A DNA stretch of 64,000 nucleotides from Octopus sinensis (Eukaryota), in contig NC_043016.1 in assembly GCF_006345805.1 (NCBI RefSeq), forward strand, positions 24,676,001 through 24,740,000, given 5' to 3'. Below the pieces are notes generated by a model. It had not been told where the DNA came from. It ran no database searches and saw only the letters and a program-made list of their open reading frames with translations. Shown here one piece after another: positions 27,982 to 42,555 of the stretch; position 1 is the stretch's first letter, and each line of letters opens with the position of its first letter. A program made the position numbers and the translations under genes.

Positions 27982-28224
27982 ATCAAATGTGATAATATCA
28001 AAACTACAAATATATGATATGGATTGTGACAGATGCAACATGTTTTTTTTATTTGGTTAAATTTCATATTTAAAAAAGAGGAAATATTTCTATCCTAATA
28101 TAACCTCGACAGTAAATGTAATTTTTTATAAGGGCAATAATTTTTAACAAAAAAAATTCTTTTCCATGTTTAATACAATAAGTTAAATTTTAACTATTGT
28201 TAATTTTACATTCCTAAAACTCAC

Positions 28225-28312
28225 AGTTGGGTCATCCTTCCCAAGTGCTTTCTCTCTGATTTCCAGAGAAGAATGGAGACATGACATGGCTAGTTTTATT
28301 GATCCCAAATCC
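28225..28312 (-). CDS. KLC: KLC alternative exon 6a (duplicated, putative mutually exclusive): (R)DLGSIKLAMSCLHSSLEIREKALGKDDPT
   Basis: tttggtttttacag acceptor, gtgagt donor; 88 nt, phase 2 to 0, no stops; 14/29 aa identical to exon 6b with no gaps. Confidence 0.85.
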
Positions 28313-29092
28313 CTGTAAAAACCAAACAGAATCAGAGGGGTCAAACAATTTAAAATATATTTATATCAAAGCTAAATACAGGGTTGGTAAGCTTTGGATG
28401 TAAAGCAGTTGGGTAAAGGGTTTTTTGTAATTCAAGGAAAGAAGGGAAAAAGTTAAATTTAAAACAACCGAAACATATAAATTATATTTTAATACGTAAA
28501 GATATAAAGAGAAGATAAAAGAGAAGTCTGATTTCTTCTGTGCTGTTATTAAAGAAATTTATAGGAAAAAAATTAACTGTTTCATTGGTTGTAAGCCTCT
28601 TGAAATAGCACTATTCAACTATATTTGTTTAAAATACTTTTTGTTTTAGAGATCAACAGAAAGGAATTTGTAAATACCACATGAAGGTTGGTGAAGGAGG
28701 AAAAGTTTTAAACATCTCTCAAAAAATGTTAAAATGAAAAAAAAAATTTTTTTTGAATAAAGTAATGAAGGTACAAAAAAATGGTGTAAGATGCAGAAAA
28801 TCTGGAAGCAAGGGAAGGAAAATGTAATGTCAAAAGATAATCACAAATTTCAATAACAAAAAAGGTAATACAAATTTCAACATCACAGAATTTTAAAAGA
28901 TTATGAAATTGTCTTTGAAAATTTACAGAGTATTCCAAATTCAGACATAAAACTTAAGTTTGAATGAATCTAAAAGTAGCTTAATATTTCTAATTATGAA
29001 ACATTAAGTAAAAATTTGTGAACAACTGTTTTTAAATCTTAATAAACTTTAAATTTGATACATAATTTAAACAATTTTCTTAAATTGATTTA

Positions 29093-29425
<333 letters not shown>

Positions 29426-30637
29426 TTAATAGAAAATTAAGTAAATTAAGCATCATTTAATTCCTATCAAAACCTGGAAAAGATGAACAATCAATCCTTA
29501 TTGTAGAGCTGATTAAACTTGTGACTACAACACTAAGCTGTTAAGATGTGACGCAAACAGATTTAATTTACTAAGCTGCAGAAGAGGTTCTGTCTTAAAG
29601 ATATCTTAACTGTTTGCAGAAAGATGTGTACTCTTGTTTCTATGTCACATTCATTTCACCACTTTTGTTTTTACAGAATCACCATCACTGTCATCATATT
29701 ACATCACCAACACTAGAAGAGAAACTATTCCATGTGAGGAAGAGAACTTAAAGAGCCACCCTCTACTTTGAGAACAGCTAGAATGTGGTACTGCATAAAG
29801 ACTTCAAGTTTCATCGTTATACTTCATTTTTGACAGGTTTTCTAAAGCTGGATGCTCTACCAATCACCAAACACTTTACAGAATGTGCTGGCTATATTTT
29901 ATCATAATAATGGTAAGATACAAAATCTCAAAATTAAAGAATACTATACACAGTTAATTTTCTACGGTTTTTCTGAAAATAGAGACGCATCACAGGGTTT
30001 GTATTACAATAGTATTACTTAATTTTAAAATATTTTAAGTGACATGCACATATGACACTATACTGAACTATCAAGCAAGTCCCAATGTCAAAGGTGGGAA
30101 TTCCTTCAATGGCAGCTGAAATGTCATCTGTATTCAAAATCTCTAAAACCAAAACAGTAATTTTATCTAAGTCATATACATATGAGTGTGTGCTATAAAA
30201 CACTATTCTTCTAGATACATATGTATCAAACAAGTTTTTATAAACTTCATTTCATTATTGAAACTAAAAAAGGTACCCTTACTCAATCTGATAGCTTGTA
30301 CTGAAAGAAATGGCAGCCAAATCATCTTCAAATCACACCCATATTGAAAACAAAACAAAACAAAGGACTTATAGGACAATGTAGTCCTAACTATACATAG
30401 AAAAAAAAGTCTGCTTTGCATCTAAATTACTACAACTACATTTACATCCAAACTTCTGTGATAAAAATTATTACAATAATATTTTAAGGTCATCTAATAT
30501 TTTGAATAAGGAATAATGCTAATTTTAATCAGACTAAAAAAGCATATATGTACATTATCATGTAATAAATGTATGAATGAAAGTGCAAAGGGTTAAAGCA
30601 AAACTTCAATTAAAATATTATATAAATCTATCAGTAC

Positions 30638-30716
30638 CTTCTGGTTGACCACTATCATCATCATCATCAGGAAAACCTAAATCGAGGGATGACTGATCAT
30701 TCTCTTTTTCCTCATT
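30638..30716 (-). CDS. KLC: KLC coding exon 4 (acidic linker with LFP-like motif): NEEKENDQSSLDLGFPDDDDDSGQPE
   Basis: ttttaacag acceptor, gtactg donor; 79 nt, phase 0 to 1. Confidence 0.93.
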
Positions 30717-30759
30717 CTGTTAAAAGAAAAATAATATGCACAGTAATTCTAATAATAAT

Positions 30760-30965
30760 AAGTTTCAAATTTGGGCACAAGGTCAACAATTTCAGGAGTT
30801 GGGTAAAGGTTGATTAGATCAATCCCAGTGCTCAGCTGGTACTTATTTTATTGACTCAGAGAGGCTGAAATCAAAGCTGACCATGGCAGCTTTTGAACAT
30901 AGAATATAAAGTTGGAAGAAATGCTGCCAAACATTTTGTCTAGCATGCTAATGATTCTGCCAGGG
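30760..30965 (-). mobile_element. Decayed Nin/Deu-domain SINE
   Basis: Same head, core and tail as 27780-27981. Confidence 0.8.
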
Positions 30966-31649
30966 TACCAATAAAAATGTTTGGTCTTTTTATAAGAAAA
31001 GAATGAGTTAAATGTTAAAGAGAAGCTTTTGGTTATATAAAGTCTTGTTAGCTGACTTCAGTTCTAGTTTATGATAATTTAAACCTTATAATACTTTCAA
31101 CTTCTATTAAATGCCTTTGGGGAAAGTAACTACAATCACTGATAGCCACTTCATATAAAGCAAGCATATCTATTTCACTAATAAATGGGATGAAGATTGG
31201 TTAGTTGGTTGATAAACATGAGATGCATTTAGGGTTTGTGTCAGAAGAAGCAACTATTGATGCCAGGAAAATGAACCAGACAATATAGAACTGAGATTAT
31301 GTGTGTGCGCGCACGTGTTGTGTGCTTGTGACAGGCTTCTTTCAGTTTCTGTTCACTGGGATTATAGCAGAAGTTACCTTCCCAAGATGCAACATAATAG
31401 GAATGAACTGGAAACCATGTAGTTGGAAATAGCCTTATGTGTAAGCCATGCTAGTATTGAAAAACAGACATCAAATGAAAGAACCCTCTCATCTTCCCTT
31501 TACCCATAACACTCTGCTTTCCCTTCCTATCTCTTACTAAAAATGGCTGGAATGCCTTTGATCACACGTCAGCTCAATTAGAGATGACTTGATGCTGAAC
31601 ACCAACTACAAGAGAAGTTCTTAAACATAAGCAAGACTGTAACTAGTAT

Positions 31650-32450
31650 TCGCTGGCCTAGGGAAGGTCTTTGACAATGTGCCACAACTGTAGTCTAGTG
31701 GTCACTCAAAAAAGTAGGTGAAGATGAATGGATAGTGAAAGGTATGCAAGCCTTGTCAGAGATGTCAGCATGGTGTGAGTAAGCAACAAGTTCAGCAAGA
31801 AATTTAGTATGCTGGTAAATGTTAATTAGAGCTCAGATCCCAACACTTTTGTTTATTATACATTTCCAATCCTAACAGATGAGATTAAGACAGGCTGTCT
31901 ATGGAAACATGTATGTTGATGAACTAGTTCTCAGTTGAAGAAATTTCAAACGTAGAAGTAATGCCTAGAATTGAGAGGCAAATGAAACAAAAGCTTAAGC
32001 TTTAGTTAACAGAAAAGAAGACAGGACTGTATGTTGAGCACAGATGCTTTACAGATGGCAGCAGAGAAACAGGAATTCAATACAGTGTATTTAATGTGTG
32101 CGGAGCACAAGAAATGCAATGGGATCAAAGGTAAATTGGATAAAAAAGGAGTATTTAGCAGCAAAAGTAACCACGGAAAATTCTTTCAAATGTTCAGAGT
32201 TCATTAGAAGCAATTAAAGTTTCTCTTAACTAGGATACCTAATCAAAGCAGAGGAAAGTCTTGTCTTCCAAAGAGATAGAAGCCTCAGTAAGAATGGGGT
32301 AGAAAAAAGTTCAAGAAGCTATTAACTCTGCTGGTAACAAAGAGATTCTTGCTCTGCATAAGAGGAAGATTGTATGATACTGGTGTATGTACTGTGATGC
32401 TGTATGGCAGCAAAGCATGGACACCGAATGTGAGGGATTAGCTTAAAAGT
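31650..32450 (+). mobile_element. Highly decayed RTE LINE reverse-transcriptase fragment
   Basis: Frameshifted remnants of KAFDxVP...WSLxKxG.DEWIV...KTGC.W..YVDELVL (YADD-like), continuing into sequence similar to 16750-17060. Confidence 0.65.
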
Positions 32451-32751
32451 CAAAAGGACAATATATTGTCCTCTGAAACTATGATGCACTCTATTGCTAC
32501 TCTGTATATTACCAAAACTCTCTGAACTGCATATATTATAGGGAGAAGGAAAATGAAGTTTAAATAGAATCACTAGGTAACAGATAACGAGACATCAATG
32601 TTTTTTGGTGTTTTTTTGATAGGTAGTCATACATAAAAGTCATATTTAAAATATCAAAGGTAGATGAAAGTCACTTAGTTAATTGCTTTGATTAGTTTTG
32701 AGTTAAGTTTACTTAAATAACTTTAGATGAATATATGAAGGTATAATTCTA

Positions 32752-33060
<309 letters not shown>

Positions 33061-35418
33061 CTATAAAAAATATATATAAACATATATAAATTATATAAAA
33101 ACCTGTTAATATTATATACAATAGAAAAGTATTTTAAATAATCATACTGTCAGTTCAAACATATTAAAATGTGTTTATAATGGTAACAATGTTGTGCTAA
33201 TTTCTAGCATGGCTTTGCAATACATTGCTTTGTATAAAACATTTCATTCTAGTCTAAAATTAATTTTCTTTCTAGTTATATCATCCTTGTCTCAAATGTG
33301 TCGGTTTCAATTAAATATCAATCAGTGGGTACCACTAATGCACAGGAGATAAATATTCAGTTTCAGAGTTTAATTGCAGTAAAGGATGAATTGAATGAAG
33401 AAAATATTTCTATTTTGTTTTATCTCAGTGATAAACACATGGGTTTTATTTCACTTTATTTTTTTATCATTTGTCAACTGGTTAACTATTTGAACCAATT
33501 AACTAACTGATTGTTCAATCAATCAACTAGGTTTGTCGAAGTCTTTTAGTTGCTATTCACAACTTCATCTATGATAAGCCTTATCTGGATATTTAAACTT
33601 ATGTACACATTACTACTCAGTATTTAATTAATAGGTTGTAAGTTGAATACTGAATAGAAACATTTATATAAGTTTTAACTGTGTGTATAAACTATGTATG
33701 TGAACTTGTAAGTATATTGTTTATTAAAACTATTAGTGCTTTCATGAAATTCAGACACAGTGAAAGTACCTTAGCAGCTGACTGCTTTTGATGTACACAC
33801 ATCAAAGAGACAGACGCAGAGGGAGAAAGAGGCAACAAAAACATAGTACTAATTATAGTAGGTGTTTTGAAGATTGCCAGTTATACTTTAAATTTTATGG
33901 ACTATTACCCCTCATCTTTTGAATTTAACCCTGTGTTGTCATCATCTTTATGTGTCCTATTACTAAATGTATACAAGTTTCTAAGATAGGTTTGAACACA
34001 GAACTTTTATTTTTGATAAAGAATTTAATACCATATTAAATCTTAACAATTAATTAATATGGAATTGTATCTAAAAATAGATGCAAGCTTCTAATTTGCC
34101 TTTCATCATTAAACAAAACAAAAACAAAATGGATATAAAATGTAAGTAATAAAATATCTATCCAGCATAAAAAAGGAAAACGAGGACAATGTATTTTTAA
34201 CTAATCTATAACAGAAATATATTGGATCTAAGCAATCAATTCCATTAACACTTCATACCAATCTACTTGAGATCAACTCTGGTTTTAACAACAGCTGATC
34301 CTAGTGTGTTCAAACAATTTAAAACCGGATTCAATTTTACATAACTTTTTGCTAAATTTACGTGACAAATAAGAGTTCAATATGAAGTTAATTATTTTAC
34401 TTATTCACAAGCAATTTCCGATTATTCTCAAAATTCAATTAAAACTTGTAATCAATGTATATGATTAAAAGTTTGATAACAAAACGTGTCTTAAGAACAA
34501 AGCAAAGGAAAGAACCTAAAATTAAGACCAGTTAAGAACTAAATCTATTTTGACCTTACATTCACCAAAACTTGGCTTCCATATCTGATAAACTAATAGA
34601 AAGTTATATTACTTTTTAACATGAATAAGTACCAAAATGTGTGTGTATATATATGGAACAAATGGAAAATACACACATGGTATGTTGCTAAATCCTCATC
34701 AGTTATCCAAAGAATCATAATTTCACACCTCTAATGATAATATTGTTCACCTTTGGTGGTGGCAGCAACAAGAAGCCATTGGTAAATAGTGAATGAACAA
34801 GGGACAGAGATGAAAACAAACATGACAGAATGTGAACATAAAAACAAAAAGAAATAAATATATATTATACAGACAAAATATGGCCTTGTGGCTGTAATAT
34901 GAGTTGAATGTATGGGTAACACCAGGGAAAAGTGTTCTAAAGGACTGGGAATGAAAAAGCAAATGAGACAACAAAGCATGTTGAAAGTGGGCAACAAGAG
35001 AAACACGACTGATCACCTTGGCAATCAGGTGTAAAAAGGAAATAGAGAAGAGAGGTTAGGATGACCACAAGTCATGAGGCAGTGGAAGAAAAAGTGGTCG
35101 AGGGCAGTGAGAGAGAGCAATGGAGAGTGAAGGAGGGAGAGGGAGAGAGAGAGAGAGACAAAAGAGAGAGAAAAGGAAACAGAAATAGACATTGCACAAA
35201 AAAAATGTTCACTGAATGAGTAAAAAATATGTTCCAAAACTTATATCTAGAGACATAATTAAAATCTCATTTAATTATGTGAAATCTCAGACTACAACAT
35301 AATATAAATAGTAGTAAAGATTGTTTGCAATCATAACATGGCAGTCCTAGTTTAGGACAAATGCTTCTGTAATTCAGCCCCAGGAAACATCTCACGTTGG
35401 GAGATTTAAAAATTGTAA

Positions 35419-35723
35419 TCTATATAAAGATGAGAATGTGCGTCTATCTGTCTGTGTGAATCCCTAAAACTTGAGAACTACACAACCAATTTCATACATG
35501 CCTTACTTAGGGTCCATGTAGTGTCATAGGCCAAAACTGTTTTTAACTTCTTGCTTAATGCGAGCCCACAGCAATATCATATCTTCTCCACTATTTCAGT
35601 ATTACATGTCAAAAGTGAAAGAATAACATCTCTCTATTGTAATGTCAGATACTTTCACTTTAATAGTAAAACTATTATCTCACATATATACATACATAAA
35701 TACATATAATATATATTATTATG

Positions 35724-35759
<36 letters not shown>

Positions 35760-37621
35760 CATCTGCACAAATGTATATATATAGATGTACATGTAATATG
35801 TACACATATATACATCCATAGGTGCATGTGTAGCTGTGTGGTAAGAAACTTGGTTCCAAAACACATGGTCCTGGGTTTAGTCTCACTGTGTGGTGACTTG
35901 GCATGTGTCTTCTGCTACAGCCTCAGACCAACCAAAGCCTTGTCAGTAGATTTCGTAGACAGAAATTCAAAGAAATCAATCGTATATATATGTATGTATA
36001 TATGTAAGTGTATGTGTGTGTCTTTGTCTCTGTGTTTCTCCCTCATCACTGTTGTTCGTTTATTTACATCCCCATAACTTACTGGTTTCACAAGAAGAAA
36101 CTGATAGAATAAGTGACAGGCTTATCAAAATAAAAAAAAAGCTCTAGGCAGTGTCTCATATTTTTCTTTGCCCACTCAGTTCTACTGCACCGATCCTAAT
36201 GAAATTTAATACACAAAATCCAAGCCTAGGGAGAAGGGTAATGATGTTATCAACCATAGGTAATTGACACACATCAAGAAATATTCTCAAAGTTTCCACT
36301 TCTCATGAGCATTCTAAGACCCCCTAATGGCATCTGTAACTCCCAAATTTTAGTAATTTTTTATGATCCAAAACTAGGTCAAAAGTACTGAATGGATCGT
36401 TATGAAATTATATTCTATGCATAAGGGCCATAACCCCTATAAAAATTCATATATCCTGGCTGTTGATGAAATTTTAACCATAGATATTAGACACAAATGA
36501 AGTAATATTTCTAAAATTTCATCTTAGAAGTTACACAGACCCCTTCATGGGGACTTAACACCCACAATTTAGTCATTTTATCTAAGCAAAGACGAATAAA
36601 CATGTACTCTTGGAAGCTGTAGGGTCACCCGAGCATAAAAGATGAGCGTTATTTGTAATTCAATGGTACAACAGTGTAAGAGTTTGCTTTGAGATATACT
36701 TAGATTGTGATTTCTGCAATGTGGTGCATAAATTGTCGAGTAAATGAGAGGCATCTTTGCCTCCACTGATTCAGTTGCAAAGTGCTCAGTAAAGTTATTT
36801 CATTGCAGACCTCCTTTCAGTCTTTTTATTATCACTGGGTCACACAGTCTCCAGATGGTAACATTGATTTCAAGGCCTTCCGAAATGAGTGACTGGTTAT
36901 TCAAAGACTTATAGATTGTAAATTTATTCTGTCCAGTTACCAATCGGTATAGTGGTCATTTGCAAACTCCAGGTGACACTTTCATTTCTCCTTAGCCCTC
37001 ACGTCACACAGTTGTTAATGTTTATTTGAGTTAGGTCATGCCCTTCCAATTGCTATAGATCCGTAATGCATCTTACGGCTGTGCCTGTCACCTGTATGGT
37101 AAGGAATCCTACATTGGGAGTGGTAACAACTAGGGTAGGGTAGCTGACTGCTTATTGTGATCATTCGTGTTTTGGTTTCCTATAACTTTGCTCTCTTTAA
37201 CAAACCCAGTGAACATACATATATTTCCTATTTCAAAGAAATTCAAACAATAGATATAAGAACCAAGTTAAAAAGATTCTCAATAATTTGAGTTCTCTAG
37301 TTGACATTAAGACACCCACCCACAATAGGGGCCCTAACTCCCACATTTTAGAGCTCAATGACTTCCATTTTTCATGAGAAAAATTCTTTTAACAGGTTCT
37401 ATAAGACTGGAATTTTGGAATCTGCACATAAAGATCAGTAGTATGGGATACATGTGTCATGATTAGAATTTTTCTAGGGTGTGTAAAGAGGGAAAGAACC
37501 CTAATCTGCAATTTTGATGAAATTCGAATCATAGGTATTCCAGTTAATTAGAGAAAATATAAAAGAAAAGTCTAATTCTTCAGTTGCATGTAACACGGGC
37601 AACACCGGGTATCTCTGCTAG
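35419..37621 (+). mobile_element. Non-autonomous Helitron (about 2.2 kb) with nested SINE
   Basis: 5' A|TCTATATAAAG...GTCTATCTGTCTGTGTG; 3' subterminal hairpin ACACGGGCAACACCGGGT followed by CTAG|T; internal recurring GATGAAATT motifs. Confidence 0.75.
35819..36135 (+). mobile_element. tRNA-derived SINE (family of 55277-55702) nested in the Helitron
   Basis: tagctgtgtggtaagaaacttgg...ggtttagtctcactgtgtgg...gatagaataagt. Confidence 0.8.
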
Positions 37622-40600
37622 TTTTATAATACAAATATTTTACTAAAATCTTAATTGTACAGTAAATTAACTGAAACAAAGATAATCTACTAATTATAAA
37701 TACAAATCATGAAAAAGTTAACCAATATAATACAAATTTGTTAACTACTCCAACTGGTATTTTAAACAAGGATTTCCATATAATTCTATAATGGACAACA
37801 GAATTGTGATTTCTATTTTCTACTCAAAAATCGTCCCATATAAGAATATCCAAGGTTGAGACCATATCTATTATTTAGTTTTCAGTATAATAGTTTAACA
37901 ACAGAAAGTATTAGCAAGGCTGTTAGCAGAAACTGATAGTAATGTTTAATTAAATGCAAAAACAAATGTTCAAATGAATGTTAACAATGAAGTATCAATA
38001 ACTACAAATCTTTTGAATCTCTTCACTCTGTCAGAGAACACAGAACGAAAGTCTTCTACTAAAAGGCATTTTGATGAACAGCATTACACATTCAGCTCAG
38101 TTGCCAGATTACCTCAGCTTATTTTATTGCTTCTAATCTACTGTAAATGCAACAGCATTAATGGCTTCCTCCCCAACTTACTCTTAACTGGCAATCATAT
38201 TACTTATTGTTATCATTGTGATCATGATTGTCATGACTGTTGTTATGATCATATCATTATTGTCATCACCCTCTGCCTCCTCCTTATCATCATCATCCCT
38301 ATTTGCCCATTTTCTATGCTGATATAGAGTTAAACTAGCAAATTTTTAACCCAGGGAGTAGTGCCCTTTTGGGAACATTGTGAGTTCATAAGAAAGTGGA
38401 AAACGTCAAGGAAGTAGTAGTGTTATATCCTCCATACTCCTCCCACCCACCATGTTATAGGGGGCACTGGATATTTAGAGAGACCATAATTCTTCTTAGG
38501 AATAAACTATTCAGACCAGGTAAAATACTTATATTTTAAACAAATTCTCAAAAATTTCTTTGTCGGGTTTAGAATAATTCAGTGAGCAGGAACATGTTTG
38601 ATTATACACCAACATCCAGTAAGTTCACACCAATCTTAGTAGTTTCCATAAAAATTTAGCATAAGAGTACTAACCCATGCAAATATTTAAAATGGGACAC
38701 ATGCTGATGGGATAATATAAGAAACTATGAATTATAAACCAGTGAGCCAAATTAGCTATTGCTTGATTAAAATAATGGTTTTTCTTAGATATAAGGAAGG
38801 GTTATTTGTGAAACACTCATTATTTAGCAAACAGGAGGTACTGACCTATGGAGGTTGAGACTAAGTTTTACAATTCAGTAAAACAGCATCATTACAACAT
38901 CTGAACAGTGAGTATCAAATGTCTTGAATCTGACTATTCATGTCAAACTATCATAGCTGTTAGCTCACATCATCTTCATATTCAGTATGTATCATTTATA
39001 TGTTTGAGCTATCACAGACTTCATAAATATCAAGTAACATTTAGAAAAAACAAATTTATATCTAAAATACTATGGGCTCAAGTTATTCTATAGTAATTAC
39101 CACTTTTGAAACTAACCTTCCCACTAAACAGAGTTGATACATATTTTCTAATTAGGTAATGAGCAATAAACAATGTGTCTTAATAGTAGATAAGACCAGA
39201 TGTACTAAAAGTTTTGAAACTGAACTATGAACAAGCCAACAATGGAATCTCCTTAGATGCAGCAAAATATCCCCCAAATTTTTAACCTTAAAAATATAAG
39301 AAGGACATGTTGGACACTAGTTCTAGATAGGCTGAGTAATAGCTGCCTTTTAATAAGAGATCTTTCTGTTCTATCAAAGCTGGCATAGAGCTAAACTATG
39401 AATGACTTCATTCTTTTCTCAAAAGATATCCCTACAAGAAAGCCTAGAAAATAACACCTGGAATGACTACTCACAGCACTGTGTGGCAATATCTCAACAT
39501 ATATTGTTTTTTAATGGGTTAATCAAAGGTAAGTAGAAAGCAGTGCATCTATTTTCAGAGCCAGCCCAAATGCTTACAGGTAAGAGAACTCTGCTAAAGA
39601 CATAAAAGGGTCAGTTTCTAGTGTTTAAAACTGGCAAATGTATTAAGTCTACCCAATTTCCCTCGGACAAATTAGGTCAACCTGAGGATACAGAAGAAAA
39701 TACTTGAGCAATTTTCCTTTTAGCAGGATTTGATCCTGGCATCACATATATGATTGCTAAGCAAATGTCAGCTACATAGAGCCAGGCAACTTATCTATTG
39801 CAAATAATCATACAGCTTTGCCTATATTCATGTTAATTACTTTTGATAAGAAGTTCACTTTACAACCAGGTTTCCAAGGTTCAATGTCACTAAGCAAGTG
39901 CCTTCAACCATAGCTTCAGGTTGATTGATACCTTGAAAGTATTAATAACCTTGAATACGGACGTTAAACGATGATGATGATGATAGAAGAAAAACATTTA
40001 TTTATTGAAAATTAATAAGAACACTTGTGAAATCATGTTTCTCTTGAATCAGTGAAAAATTATTCCTAAGAACCTGAAAACCACTGACACTGCTTCCAAA
40101 AGTGAGTCCTCAATGGGAGGGAAAAAGTAAAATGAAAAGAAAAGAAAAAAGACAATAGGGTTTAATGATAAAAATCAAAATATTTTTTCCTTAACAGTTA
40201 AACATCTTTGTATAATAAAACATAACTTGGACAATTTTTTTAAAAAGATACATCTAATCCATAAGCCAGCAATATTAACAGATAATTTGGGAGATTATAC
40301 TCAAATAAGATTTCTTAATTCTACATGACACTGTAACAACAGTTTAAGTGGCTTGTTCTAAAAATACAAGTTAAAAGACCATCATAAATAAAAACCTACA
40401 AGACACAGGAATACTGGTGCAGAAGTGAAATAGATGATTTTTTATCTACTCAAATAACAGATACAAAATAGCTGTAATAAAATAAACATTCAACATACTT
40501 CAAAAGAGAAATTCAATACCATAATCTTAAAACTAAATACAATGAAATATAAAGCATGAGCTTAATTTTATAAAAAAAAAAAATTAATTAAAACAGAAAA

Positions 40601-40655
40601 AAAATCTTTGCATAGAAAAGGATAGAAAAAATATAAAACAAAAAAGAGGTCGTAC

Positions 40656-40899
40656 CTGAGCTTCTCCAAGCCCCAGTTCAATAGAATCTACAGATTTCTT
40701 GAGAATATTTGTTTTCTCTTCCACCAAGTTAGTGTCCCCATTCTCCTTCTTGATGGTCTTCATAGAATTTAGGAGACTATAGAGTATTTGATTATGTTCA
40801 TTTTTCAGAGTTTCTAATCCCTGAATAACTGTCCTGGTGTTGGAGATAATATCTTCCTGAGATAAGGCAGTCATCTTGCCAATCTCTTCAATTTTCTTT
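40656..40899 (-). CDS. KLC: KLC coding exon 2: (I)KKIEEIGKMTALSQEDIISNTRTVIQGLETLKNEH...IELGLGEAQ
   Basis: ctgttttgcag acceptor, gtacga donor; 244 nt, phase 2 to 0; contains a second in-frame ATG at 40874 (MTALSQE). Confidence 0.96.
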
Positions 40900-41177
40900 C
40901 TGCAAAACAGCAAGAGCAAAAAAATAAAATTAAAAATATTAGAATAACAATAAGAATATGTAAAAAGAACTAAAAGTTTAGAATGTTCTACGTTGGAATA
41001 GTAATCTACTAAGATTAATTATTATAAAAGGGACAAAAATTATAGATCAGGAAGACTGGAAAAAAAAAGTTTAGAAATAAATTATCAAGCAGTTTGAAAG
41101 AGTAAGAGATGGTCTGATAATGCAGCATTATAAAGTAATCATCTGATTCTAAGAGTAAAACCATAGAAACATTGCTA

Positions 41178-41508
41178 ACACACACACGCAGACAGATGTA
41201 TGTACACACACATACAGACAAAATGTATACACACACACACAAAATGTATACATACACACACACACACAGAGAAAATGTATACATACACACACACACACAC
41301 ACACAGACAAAATGTATACAAACACACACGCAGACAAAATGTACACACACACACACACACAAATGCATGTACACACACACATGTATGCATGTACACATAC
41401 ACACACACAAATGTATGTACACATACACACACACAAATGTATGTACACATACACACACACAAATGTATGTACACATACACACACAAATGTATGTACATAC
41501 ACACACAC
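41178..41508. repeat. Compound (CA)n-derived minisatellite (unit about 24-26 bp, ACACACACAAATGTATGTACACAT)
   Basis: Direct reading; explains the CV/HT-rich spurious ORFs. Confidence 0.9.
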
Positions 41509-41716
41509 CTCCATCCGTTTAGTGTTCACTGCCAGAAGAAAAAAAGCACTTGATATCATAGTAGAGATCAATAATATTTTTTATTTTGGTCAAGTCAGTC
41601 TCTTGCTACTCTGAATTTTGCCTGGGTGTGTATGGGTCTTCAGGCAAGTCGTAACTTGCCTAAGACCCTGTGCACCTACAAGCAAAACTCAGAGTAGACA
41701 AACTCTGCCAAATTAT

Positions 41717-41749
<33 letters not shown>

Positions 41750-41892
41750 GCCACAGATCAAAGAAGCTTGAACAAACAACACAAAGATACGATTCAGTAG
41801 TAGTAAATTGCAGCGCAGTGTGTGACTGTAAAATATAGGAATTTCTAAAGTGAAATGCACGCGCGCACACACACATGATGTAAAGTCACACA

Positions 41893-42101
41893 TTAACCCT
41901 TTAGCATTTAAACTGTGATATCCAACTCAAATATTCTATCAACATCTGGCCTCTTACATCAACCCTACAATGTCATTCTAAAAATATACAATCACATCAT
42001 TGTCATCCCAAAGCTGTGAGATAATGCATGATTAATTCAAAACAATGTGAATAAATAAACATTATGTTTCACAGAGTAATTTGAATGCTAAAAAGGGTTA
42101 A
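41893..42101. mobile_element. piggyBac-like MITE (TTAA TSD)
   Basis: ttaaccctttagcatt ... aatgctaaaaagggttaa. Confidence 0.85.
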
Positions 42102-42489
42102 GGAAAACAATTTATAAAAACAAATCTACTGATATTAACTAATAAGGAATACAGAATAAACTAATATGGAATATAGAATGAATATCAAAATATTAGCTTT
42201 ATTGTTTTTTAATATATAACTAAGATAATATCAACATGTTCTTTGAATCAAGATTTTGAAACTCTAAGAGCAAATAACAAAATATTATAGCCATCCCAAA
42301 ATAAAGATAAATTTAAATATTAATAAGCAGGCAATTTTAATTTGAAATTTGAATCCCTCCCCATCCCCACCAAAAGCATTGGCGTTTAAAGTTACTGTTG
42401 ATGTTTGGGTCACACATGATAATAAAGAAGAAAGGAGACTTCAAAAGAACAGACTCATAAGTATGTGGATATTATACACACACACACAC

Positions 42490-42493
<4 letters not shown>

Positions 42494-42552
<59 letters not shown>
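42494..42552. repeat. (TA)n microsatellite
   Basis: Direct reading. Confidence 0.95.

Positions 42553-42555
<3 letters not shown>

Noticed and set aside
41015-41893. Many 100-160 aa ORFs rich in CV/HT/YI (also at 4600, 35655, 51535, 54928, 59623)
   Set aside because: Translations of (CA)n, (TA)n and (GA)n microsatellites and minisatellites, not genes.
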